NCBI GenBank assembly: GCA_002269645.1
Contig: NIVC01001057.1
Coordinates: 186,001 to 250,000 of the forward strand
Direction of reading: 5' to 3'
From: Macrostomum lignano
Taxonomy: Eukaryota
DNA: 64,000 bases
The notes beneath the pieces were generated by a model. It made no database searches. It saw nothing but the letters and a program-made list of their open reading frames with translations, and was not told the DNA's origin. The translations under genes were made by a program, and so were the position numbers. Positions 49,930-61,938 of the stretch are shown piece by piece. Position 1 is the first letter of the stretch. Every line of letters begins with the position of its first letter.

Positions 49930-52020
49930 GGCAACGTTCAGAAAATGGCGATTCTGGATATTCTGGATCATCATAATACTACTGACGGCAGTAGTCACCA
50001 AAGCAACAGCAATGGAAAACCAATGATATGTCCAACGGATGCGCATATCCAACCGATGATCTACAAGATACCAACCGACATCAAATGCAGCTACTTCAAG
50101 ACAAACCAGACGAAGCCAAAAAGATCACAATCGATCTCTACAAAGCCAACATCAAGAAGCATCGACAACTTGGAATCGTGTGCTTCAGAGACAAGCACCT
50201 AGTCGAAAAAATATGGCGAGGACAATGGAACAGAATCCGATTCCGACAGCATGAGCTACATGTGTCGCACGCTGACTGCCTACGATGGAACCAGACATTG
50301 TTCTCCAAAGATGGTGTACTAGAACCTGATGAAAAGGTCGGCAACGCACAACTCTTCCGAACAAAGAATGTGGCAAACGGTCGATATGTCCACTATAATG
50401 AAAGATGGCCTGACTACACGGCACGCAACAGCTACCTAATCAGGAATATTCCATTCTACCACAATCCTTTTGAAAAAATGGAGTCGCTACAACTGCAATT
50501 AAGTGACTGCCGATACAGCAAAGGATGGTGTCCAACGCCGATACTGCGGAATGAGGAACTATACAGCTTACCGTTGAGTCCAACATATCATCAAGACTAT
50601 CGATGGCAAATTATACGCAGAGGCGACTCACGATATGAAGAACCATCTAAGTCACGACAATACTTCTTCGCGTGGAAGTTGAGCCGGAAATTGACTGCAA
50701 GCTTCAAAAGTATCACACAGTTGAAGGAGGCTACTGTCAAACACGTTTTTGGCAAAGTCAGGAGACTTGGCACTGACGTTTCAAAAGAAACCAGTCGAGC
50801 AAAAACTGAAATGCAAGGATACAGACAAGACACTATTCATCTCGGAACAAGAGATACCAGTCTACGTAAAAGATGACGACAAACAAACCTTTCTGGCGAT
50901 CATCAACGGAACTTATCAACAGCAGGAACAACAGAACAGACGACGACGAGACATCGAACGTCCCAAACTGGTGTCAAACCGACTACTGTCAGCAAAGATA
51001 ACGGCTTTGGATCACAATCTACACAACCAGTTAAACCACTTGCATCGAACACTGGTCCAGCTAACTTGCAAAATGCACGCAATCAACTTAAATTATGCCA
51101 GACAAAACTACTATGTCAACCCTACGATGACTTTTCGTAAAATCACCGGAATGACGAACGTTTTGGCAGTTCCAATATACGAGCATCTGTTGATATACAA
51201 GTGCACGCCGATACAGCACTTTAACATCTTGCCGTCGAACACGTCAACAACCTGCTACGACAAGCCAAGGATTGAAGCGTTCTACGAAGGAAAACGAATT
51301 CAGGGATTCTTGGACACGGTACACAACATCATCGTTGGCACCGCAATACCGAGACCTTGCACCACGGCAGCAAACTATTATCAACTGGACAATGCACTAC
51401 ACGTCATCAAAACAACTGGAACGACAGCAAACATCACAGAACCGGAAGTAATCGTCGACGAAAACTACGACATGGAGGATTTGAAAATCCGATTCAACAG
51501 AACGAAGTATACGCCATTCGCCGATATCCAACTTGACGAGATAACACCAGGATGGACGATCAACGACTTCTTGCAAGCGTTCATCACCCAACGCAAGATG
51601 ATTCACCAGCTGTTCACAAGAAAGGACAAAGGAACCGGGACAGGAAGATTTCCCGTCCTTGTTTCAATGGACAGCGCCATCAAATCATTTTGGACAAACA
51701 GCTTCTGGGAGCTGCTCAATGGAAGAGGCAGTCTCTATCAAGGATTCATCTTCTACGGTGCTTGCATTGTGTGGATTGTCACGGCAATCTTCATCATTTC
51801 GTCGATCGTACGGTGCTTCAGTCAAACTTGTCCAAGAGCTAAGAAGACAGTGAATGCCATAATGCAAAGAACGACAACGGAAGGCGACAACAGTTTAGAA
51901 CTAACAGAAACTGCACATCGTGAGGTTCAAGGGCAACCGACACTAGCAACGCGGCTATATCCATCGATTCCGACAACACCAACGGCACCAAGAATACAAC
52001 CACCTAACTATCAAGCAGAA
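49930..52020 (+). CDS. env: Envelope glycoprotein, class III (herpes gB-like); signal, ectodomain, furin site, TM, tail; four frameshifts (about 50020, 50120, 50677, 50750)
   Basis: Hydrophobic signal RFWIFWIIIILLTAVVTKATA; RRRR|D at 50938; N-glycan sequons NQT, NGT, NTS, NIT, NRT; gB-like blocks TCK...NPT...ITG...LIYKC and CYDKPRI...GFL...RPCT; TM at about 51742-51810. Confidence 0.75.
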
Positions 52021-52049
52021 CAGCAAGACCCAAAATGGCCAGAGAACTA

Positions 52050-55000
52050 CGTATGTACTCTACACGCCGAAATTGGCAAAGCCATGGCTCAAGTGGTAAT
52101 CAACAATCTACCATGTCGAGCGCTACTCGACTCCGGCAGCTCCATCACAGTTATATCAAAACAACTGTGCAACAAGCTACGACTTGCTCTACGGCCAGCA
52201 ACAATCGCAGTTGCAGGAGCAGGAGGACATTCGCTAAACATTCTGGGAAAAGCCGACATTGATTTAAGAATCGCTAATAAACATTTGACAGTTCCACGTA
52301 CGTCATCGACAGACTCCCAAACCAGGACGTTATTGTTGGCATCGACACGTTCAAGCAGCTTCGACTACCATTGACCTTCGACTTCAATAAGCAAACGTTT
52401 AAGATCGACTCGGTAGAACAACCATTGATCAACCAGATCCGAGTACTACCAAAAGTAACATTGCAACAAGATGTCATCATCCAACCGGAGAGCGCCTGCT
52501 GGATAAAGGCAAAGGCAACTAACGCAACGGAGGAAGCAATGATATTCGACCCAAACAGAAGAGTCACGGCTAAACACCAAATTATGATGCCTACGGCACT
52601 AGTACTGGTTGCAAAAGATAAACAGCTGCCAGTACAAATATTCAACCCGAACACAGAAACGGTTCATCTACGACAAGGAATGTGCATCGGTCATCTCAAC
52701 ACCCAAGCATCGGTTATGCTGATTGAGCAAGCGACTCCACGACTAACAGAGGAAGAATTTCAAAAGAAGATCAATTTGGATGACAGCCCGATTACGGAAC
52801 AGCAAAAGAGGAAAGTTCGACAGCTGTTGTGGAAGTACAACGACGCTTTCTGCCACCATGACTACGACATCGGACGAGCCAAGGACATCAAACAGGAAAT
52901 CAAACTTCTGCCGCACACGGAACCAATTCAGTGCAAACCGTACCCGATCGCCAAGCATCTGCAACAGCACTTCGATGAGATTATCGACAAAATGCTGAAA
53001 CACGGCATCATCAGCAAAGCCATTTCAGCATACTCATCACCATGTCTCTTGGTGCAAAAGAAGGAGACTAACGAAAGACGACTCGTATGTGACTTCAGAC
53101 TACTGAACAAGTACATACCGACGGATCAGCAAAGCCTACCGAAGATCTCCGAACTACTAGCAAAGCTCAACACGGCAAAATTGTTCACAGTGTTCGATCT
53201 ACGTCATGGATTTTGGCAAATTGAAATCGAGAAAGAGTCACGACAGTACACGGCTTTCAAAACCTACAATGGACAAGTATACGAGTACAATCGATCGCCG
53301 ATGGGACTCAGCAACAGCCCAGCAACGATGAGCCGACTAACAGCATACATGCTTGCAGGATGCACGAACCTGTTGCACTATGTTGACGACATCTTGGCCT
53401 ACGGAGAAGACTTCGAACGACTCTATGAAGCGACGGAGAAGGCCCTCGCGCTTATACAACGTCAAGGTCTGAAGCTACAACCAACTAAATGCAAATTCTT
53501 CCGAGACAACGTGCGTTACCTGGGACATCAGGTGACAGCCAAAGGAATTTCACCGGACCCAGACAACGTGGATAAAGTGAAAAAGTTTCCTACGCCAACT
53601 AGCAAAACGAAGGTCCAATCATTTCTTGGACTTGCGCAATACTTCCGAAAGTTCTTACCCAACTTCGCGAAGACAGCAAAGCCGCTGTACGACCTGCTCA
53701 AGTTCGACAAATGGAAGCAGGAGAATTGGACACAAAAGCAACAAGAAAGTTTTGACGAAATCAAACGACAGCTGACATCAGACGCACTGCTACAGCATCC
53801 GGACTTCGACAAACCCTTCATCATCGAGACAGACGCCTCAGGAACGGGACTCGGAGCAGTCCTACTACAGGAAACTGAAGACAAAAAGGAACGACCTATA
53901 GCCTACGTCAGTCGAGCACTTAAACCGAATGAGACAAAATGGTCAGCTACGGAACGAGAACTACTAGGAGTTCTGTTCGCCCTACGACAGTTTCACTACT
54001 ACATCTATGGATCTCCATTACAGACGATAGTACGCACAGATCATGCACCGCTGACCTACGTCGTAACTACAAAAGGACAAACAAACAACCGACTCATCAG
54101 GATGACACTCAAGATCCAGGACTACAACTACAAGCTCGTCTACAAACCAGGAATTACTAACAAGGCCGCGGACGCCCTGTCAAGAGCCTACGAAGTCAAC
54201 GCCATTCATCCAATCCCTAACATCAAGGAATTGGTGGATGAGACTGAACACGACAACTTCTACATAGCAGTTAAAAACAACGACAAGGACATCAAGCTCA
54301 GCCCCGTGGAACGAAAATTCCTGCGCAAGCAGCGACAACATTTAACAATCAACAAGTCACGACTCTACTGGATGAGTGACAACAAACCTAAAATCTACAT
54401 GCCATATTCGTTTAGGCAGGCAATTCTCAACGAGCTGCACGACAACCCACTCGCTGGACACCTGTCGGCAGCCAAAACCATTGCAAGAGTGGAGCAATAC
54501 TACTTTTGGCCAAGCATGCATGGCGACATCAAGCAGTATTGCAACAACTGCCACTCATGCGCAGCATCAAAGACAGGACGACGACAAAAACCACAGCTAC
54601 AATCGATACCAAAGTCAACAACTATGGACTGTCTCAGCATCGACATCACCGGACCGCTGCCACCGAGCTGTCTCCATGGCATAGCCTACACCTACATCCT
54701 AACAGCCTTGGACATTTTCTCAAAGTTTGCTATTGCCATACCAATACCGGACATCACAGCTCAGACAGTGGCAATGGGTTTCTTCAACGACATCATCTGC
54801 AAGTACGGTACGCCAAAGAACCTCACATCGGACAATGGATCGCAGTTTACGTCTCAACTCTTTCAGCAAGTGGTGAAGATCCTCAACATCACGCAGATCT
54901 ACACATCGACCTACAATCCGAAGGCGAACATGGTTGAAAGGTTTCACCGCAACCTACACGAGATGATTACACACTTCGCGCATCAACAACCGGACGACTG

Positions 55001-55613
55001 GATCATCTATCTGCAAGCAGTAACAATGGCCTACAACAGCGCTATTCATCGATCAACGGACAATACGCCATTCTTTCTAATGTTTGGGCGAGACTTCCAG
55101 CCGCCAAACCTATTGGCACAGCAACTACTACCATCGCAATATGTGGAAGTCCCGACGTCCATTCAAAAGTTCGTCACGCAACTACACCTCGCATGGAAAG
55201 TAGCCAAGCACAACATCGACAATCAGGTGGCTCTAACCACCGGCACCGACACGAGATCGACAACTCTGACAGCCGGCGACATCGTCTACCTGCACTATCC
55301 GCCGCAACAGACGCACAAACACGCACAGAAGTACAAAGGACCATATCGAGTGGTCCAACTAACGTCACCGACAACGGCACGCCTGGCCAATGTGCAAGAT
55401 CCTCATCAGCACCAATTCTACGTGCACATTCATCGACTAAAGAAGATCAACACTGACACGACAACGTTTTTACCGTCACTAGACAACGCTGATCGCACGC
55501 GTTCGGCGAACCGCCACATCGCAACAAAACACGAGGAGACACAAACATCAACCGAGAACAGCAACACGGCTACAATCTGCGACCTCGTTAAGTTGCGAAA
55601 ACAACCCGTGTAG
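52050..55613 (+). CDS. pol: Pol: aspartic protease, RT, RNase H, integrase (one frameshift at about 52294)
   Basis: ALLDSGS (52129); DFRLLN, DLRHGFWQI, PMGLSNSP, YVDDIL; ETDAS, ERELL, TDH, ADALSR; HDNPLAGH/CHSC, IDITGP, SDNGSQF, VERFHR, GPY. Confidence 0.97.
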
Positions 55614-55702
55614 AGACCGGGTCAGAATAGCTCTACAGCTTCGCAAGCTTGTCGTAAGAGGCGACTAATCTGAGCGACTTCAAACTTCAAGCGACGACGA
55701 CA

Positions 55703-55915
55703 ATGGGCAACGCACTGTCCAAACAGGCGCCCCAACTACAGCAACTCTACGAATGCCCAATATGTTTAACTGATGACTTGGCTGTCAAGCCACCAATTAT
55801 TTGTGAAAACAGACATCGCATATGCGGACAATATTTAAGCGACTCACATTATATTCAGCTCTGGCAGAATTGCCCGATAGGTAGAAGTAGTTTGCGGCAG
55901 TGCGCCTATTGTTAG
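55703..55915 (+). CDS. 70-aa accessory ORF: N-myristoylation motif plus degenerate SINA-type RING
   Basis: Strong start context ACAATGG; MGNALS; C18xxC21...C34xxxH38xxC41xxY44...C57PIG60R plus terminal CxxC. Confidence 0.55.
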   Translation: MGNALSKQAPQLQQLYECPICLTDDLAVKPPIICENRHRICGQYLSDSHYIQLWQNCPIGRSSLRQCAYC

Positions 55916-56133
55916 TCTTGGCGCACATGTCAATACTGTAACCAAAAACATTTTATTTGCATGCGTATACTTACCTTTAAATAACTTTTATAACCAACGC
56001 TCTTAACTACCCATTACTAAATACCTGTAACACTTGTGACAAATGATTATTATAAAGACATGCTTGAACTTTTTATGCGTTTCAATCCTCTATTTAAAAC
56101 TCGGGACGAGTTTTTTGTAAACATGGGAGATTT

Positions 56134-57208
56134 TGTAGAGTGTTCTACCTCCCGTAAGAAGACATAAAAGTGTTAATGTACTACTCACACATTTTATTTA
56201 GTAGTAAATTGAAGAGCATGAATAAAGGTATGCTTTGAACTATAAGTATATTCGGACTAACCAATAGAAAGAGAGAAACCTCGAGCATGCTAATTTTAGA
56301 AATCACCCAATCACGTGCGACCAACAACTGTCAATTCAAACCCCACCTTCAAGTCATCATTTGGTTTGCACTCGGGTTGCACCCGGATGAACCAATCAAA
56401 GTCTACCAGCTACGGTAACCAATCATGCGCTTTTACAGTAGACTAGTTGCGCAACTTTCTACCCTGTCATGCTTGACAGCCACCGAATCGTGACCCTTTG
56501 ACATTTGCGAAGACAGTGATGTACGACCTCGAGAGAGGTCTGAACGCCTATAAATACAAGTGGTCCGGAACGGACCCGGAGCCAGAAAATCTCCAAGGAG
56601 AGAAGCTCCGAAGAGGAAGCTCTAGTGAAGCCTTCCTGAAGAAACTCGCGTCGTGGACGAGTTCTTGCGGTAAGCCTTACTCATTTGCGCCCGTTGGTTG
56701 AGACGTCTCGCTCAAGTCTATTGAGACTTGAGTTTATTTGAGTCTGCTGAGACTCTTGAGTCTGTTTAGACTCCACTGGTTGCAGTCTCCAGAAGGACTG
56801 CCCCTGATAGATCTTAGAAGACTATCAGTGGTTTCCGGAGCCATACCTAGAGTGCATAGAGGCACTACTAGAAGGAGTAGGCTTATATTAAACCGCAGTT
56901 TGGCGCAGGGATCCCCATTGTTAATTTGGAAGCTTCCGATTGGTCCGAACTACAGATACCGGCCGGCAAGAAGTCAAGAGGACAAAGGAGATAACGGACC
57001 AGATCAACTGTTACCAGGCGCCTAAACTTCCTGAAGGACAGGAAAGTTACTGATCGCGATACTACGGACGAGGATTATTACGAGAGCTCTCATTTAAGGA
57101 CTCAAAGGTAATTGAATACCTTCATTTGATTACTGGGTTGCCTAGCTACGGAGCTAGAAGTGATTGTTCCTTGATTACAGTTGAGGACTGGTAATAAGGA
57201 ACACATCA
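56134..57208 (+). repeat. 3' LTR (1075 bp)
   Basis: Differs from the 5' LTR by one G indel and one A/G substitution that I could find. Confidence 0.95.
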
Positions 57209-59782
57209 CTCCATCAGCGTGAGCAACTGCTCAGGAAAAACAGGAAAATTGGCTACAGGGAAAGAAAATTATCGGGACGGGAGGATCTTTGCCAGAAAGA
57301 AGCCGCGGAGCAATCTGCACCTGCTGCTTCAAGGGGAGGGGCGAAGGCGAAGGGGAAATGAGATTTTCGATGGGCCCATCTGCTTCCAAGGTCTGCTAAC
57401 CCTCGATCTTAGGGCCGATTCGAGCTTCGACCAGAGGGCTGACACGATTTGATTTTTGTTTGAGAAGGGGTGCGCAACGAAATGTAGTCCGCGTTCTTGA
57501 ATTTCGTGTGCCTGCGTTGCCCCTTTCCGGCGCAGCAAAAACATTTGTTTGGGGGGAATCCACTTGGTGGATCAACTGATACGCAAGCATGCAGCAGCTT
57601 ATAAGTTTCTAAAGACTTCCATGTGTGTCTTGTTTTCGGTTATGATTTTTATCTACTGCATAAATTAAAACGAGTTAAATTTTTAACATTGCAAAACCAC
57701 TAGACTGCCCGAGCCTTATACACATACGCGTACATGTACAGCATTATGCACACCTCTATATCTTATAATGTTCGCTTATATCAACTCTAAAGTTGCATAA
57801 ACAAAGGCCTTCCCTCTTATCTGAGTGCTCAGTGGAGGCTATTTATATACTAGCTGCTAGGCTTGTAAATGTAAATGTAAATAGCAATTAAAGTCTGATC
57901 CCTCAAAACTTTCACCAGCCTTTAGTATATCACTCCAAACCAATGCGGCTTAACTCGACATTACTAATGCTTACACTCATGCTACTTTCAGTAGAAAAAT
58001 GTGTATTTGCAAGGATTATAAAAAACTGAAAAGATATGATAAGCCAGCCAGCCAAAAAGAAATTGAAGAGAAAGATATTGACTGAACAACTTTATGGTAA
58101 AAATTGGGGGAGAGCGTTATCATTTTTTATCAACTAAAATGGAATCAACTTAGTACTAACTTGTACAACTTATGTACATGTAAGATGATCGAGTTGGCCA
58201 GTGTCAACTCAAGCACTGGAAATTGAGCCCGAAGTAAAGCTATGGACAATAGCTAAGTCGCGGCGTCCTTTAAAATAAATTTCCCTTGTCCTGTCCTTTA
58301 CCTCCCAGTGCTTTAGGCTTTAATCCACAAAGGAGTATTTCATAGGGGACATTTACACTCTCATCGACAGTTAAAAATAATTTAAATTTGAAATCAAGCA
58401 CCAGAATCTGTAGAAAGCGACGTAAAAAGCATTTCAACACTTCGTACTTGTTATAAAGTGTTTATTTTTTGGTTTAATTTAAAAAATCAAAAGTAATTTA
58501 AATATTAAAAAAACTGTTTGAAAATTAATATTACATGGCGGAAACGAACATTATAAAGTCACAAAGAGTGAAAAAAATCAACGAACGTGCAAACAAGCCC
58601 TCCTAAATTAACACCTGAATAAACCCTGAATTAGATGAGATTTGGTCAGTAACCCTTATTTATTTACATTTTCTTAGAATAAAAAATATCCTCTGCTTTT
58701 GGTTTGCTTATGCATAATCATAATGATGAGGGTGTATAGCTAAATAGAATGCTTCTTAAAAAGTAAACTAGTAACAAGCCCTCTGCCTATACAGTAGAGC
58801 CTACTAACTAGTTAATAAAAATGAGTTGTATGAAATATTGTTATATGTATGCTAGAATCCAAAGCCCAATAAGGTTTTATAGTTACTAAGTTAATTCTAC
58901 TAGGCCTAGTCTCCTTCCATGGGCCATGGCCTTAGTATCTAATAGTACTATCATAGGTATAAATCCATTTTTTCTATGTTTAGATCAATTAGAGCCTAGT
59001 TGAATTAAAATTATTTAAATTAGCAACTCAAAATCCATTGGCCTAGCCAACTTGATTTTAAAAAATTAATTTAAAAAATGCCAAGTTGCTAATTTGTAAT
59101 TTCAAGAATATGACTATATTTAAGGCTAAGCCTATACATTGCTTATATTAGGGACTTACAAGTAGGGAATGCAACCTGGGACCCTAGGATCCCAAAATCC
59201 TAAAATTGGGCTCAAATCCTAGGATTCTAAATCCCAAGATTTTGATTAGGCCTAAATCCTAGGATCACAATTATCTGGTATTCAAAAATTTGAGGATTGA
59301 CCATTGGTATCTTAATCTCAGTTTGGAAAAACTCAATCATTTATTCTCAAATAGTACTACCTATAGCTGATTGAGCTATTTGTCAGGTGAAAATCAACAC
59401 CTATTTTGTCTTGCTGTGATTTATTTATCTTTTAAGCATGCAGACTAGTGAGAAAGCTAAGGCTGCAGGGATACAAAACTAAAGTTATTGGCTAGATTGT
59501 AAGGAGATTTTAAATGTAATAATATACATATAGCCATATGCATACATTATTTATAGACTAATATAATTATTATTAAAAAACTTGTGCATAGAGCCTAAAG
59601 CAATAAAAGTCAATTCCTCATTGTTTTCAATTGCAGCGCTATAGCTTGCTAGATGGGAGTCAAATCATTCTTCATTTGAACTCTCCCTCTATCTCAAACC
59701 TAGCTAAAACCAGGGGGGTTTTAACCTTGTATTGATCAGAAAAAAGACCTCATTCTTAGCACTGTCAGGACACCCTTTAGAT

Positions 59783-59982
59783 CAGTGGTTCTCAACCTAT
59801 GGGATGCAACCCCCAATTGGGTTGCATGCAGGGTTTTTTTTTGCCAGAGACATAATGCAAAATTGCATCTTATGCTCACTTTCATAGTGCAATTTTAAGG
59901 CTCAAATTGCAATTTCTCTTTTTTCTTATTTTACAGCAGTGCAAATAAGACTTCAATGAAAAAAAGGTTATGAGACCACACC
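59783..59982. mobile_element. Possible degenerate hAT-type MITE remnant
   Basis: CAGTGGTTCTCAACCT (typical hAT/Charlie end) at 59783; only a degenerate partner GGTTATGAGACCAC at about 59966; no clear TSD. Confidence 0.3.
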
Positions 59983-61680
59983 TAAACTATACCCACTTTT
60001 TAATTTCAGTGTGTGATTTTTAAATTTAGGATGCAAACGCACACTCTATATACAAAAAATAAACCTAAGTTGCATGACCATTTTTGGGAGTTGCAGCACT
60101 AGCCTATGAAATGTAAGTACATAAAATGATTATAAAAGGGGTTACCAAACTTGTTTTTAGAGTTGCATCTAGCTTTTTTGACCTCTTATAATTCTAATAA
60201 ATAATAATTAATCTAAATTAAATTTGTGTACTTTGAGAAAAAGTGTCAAAAAAATGAAACAAAATATCAAATAATAATTAGTAACAAACAACAGCAATTT
60301 ACAAGCATAGGATGTACATAGGATGCTCACATTATAATCCCCCTGTTTGAATCCTAACTATGGCCAAGGAGTTTTGTAGCATTTTTTGAATTAATATTTT
60401 TAAAGTCAAGAAAAAAAAACAATTAAGCCAATCCAACATTAAGTTTTTAATATATGGTAGACATTTTAGATATCTTTTTATAAATGTTTCAGTTCATTAA
60501 GTTTCAATAAACCTTTGATATTAGAGGACTATAGACCCTAGAATATATCAAGTGGCATATGCCCCAGCTATAAAAAACAGTCCAAGTGCACTATATGCCA
60601 TAGTTGCAATGGATTAGGTATTGGTTATCTTTATGAACTCTTGCTAATCAGTGATTCAATTGCAAGTTTTTGCTAAAGAAAAATTTATCACATTTGTATA
60701 TGTATAATTGATTTTACTACATATGCCAATAAACCTAGGTATTATAGTCTTTTAGTCTTTTTCTTGATGCATGGTTATATTGTGATAGGTTATGGCTGTC
60801 TATTTTATTGTTTAGTTTATTATTTTAGTATATTAGATTATAGAAAAAATAACACTATTCAACAATTTGCAGCTTGATTTGAAGATAATTAGAGTAGAAA
60901 AGGAAAGGACCAGGCTTGAAAGCCAACCCTTTATGCAGCATATATTTTTTTCTGAAGTGGCTAGAGTAGATAAGATAAAAAAGAATAGATAGAAAAATCA
61001 AATGGGGTTCAATATGCAAAAGCCTAAGGATGGCTGACAGGGTGGGGATGCTAACCAATTAATAATTGATAGTAAAGAAGAGTGCTAACAATGTGCACAT
61101 AGAAAGAAGGACAAATATTTTAAAACAGAATGTTGCAACATCCCCCCTTAAAATGTTTCACTGATACAAACAACACATAGAAACCAAAGTAAGCATTAGA
61201 AAATGACAATGGGAACATTTTGACAATAGCAAATGAGAATAGAGTTTCAACACCAATATACATAAATGTATCAATAACACAATGACACTGGGGACAAAGT
61301 AAAAAATAAATATTGTGTTTATGAATCAAATGGTAGCAAATAAGCAATATACCAAAAGTTTTCAATCTTTTGGATAACTTAAAACAATAAAAATGCCATT
61401 TTAAGATAGTTGAGTGGAGGTAAATTGAGAAATGAATGAAATAAAAAAAACTGAGGTGAATCTCTAAGCCAGTCTTTCTGATGCTCTACATAGCAAACAA
61501 CATGTTAGGTGACCATTCCTAGGGTGCCTATCTATGATTTGATTTAGTCAAAAGACAGACAGATGGACAGACACAGACAGGCAGACAGCTTGACAGACAC
61601 AGAAAGGCAGACAGCTCCAGTACTCCATAAGCCAATATTTTACAAAGCAGCGCCGGCCCTCCCTCAGCCGCCCAGCCGGA

Positions 61681-61938
61681 ATGCACGCCAGCAACGCCAA
61701 GCTAGCCGCTATCCTAGTCGCTTCCATCCTTTTTGTATTCGTGGTTCTCATCATGGCTGGAAAGACGCCAGTATCCGTGCTGAATTACCACCGCAACAAG
61801 CAGTACCTGTCTGCCCTGCCCGGCTCGTCCGGCCAAGCTGGCGGCAGCGGCGGCGGTGGCGCCATCCCGCCGGCCGCCTCCGAGATGCACGCCAAAAAGA
61901 TGGCGTCGTTGAAAAACGGCGTCGTGTCGAACAGATGA
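61681..61938 (+). CDS. Short ORF with N-terminal signal anchor (possible first exon or small type II membrane protein)
   Basis: GC-rich coding-like island in AT-rich DNA; hydrophobic LAAILVASILFVFVVLIM. Confidence 0.4.
   Translation: MHASNAKLAAILVASILFVFVVLIMAGKTPVSVLNYHRNKQYLSALPGSSGQAGGSGGGGAIPPAASEMHAKKMASLKNGVVSNR

Larger units (their letters stand above)
46508..57208 (+). mobile_element. Full-length Ty3/Gypsy LTR retrotransposon with internal envelope gene (10.7 kb)
   Basis: TG...CA LTRs, 4-bp TSD CTCC (46504-46507 / 57209-57212), PBS-like TGG at 47586, PPT-like GGGAGA before the 3' LTR, PR-RT-RH-IN order. Confidence 0.96.
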
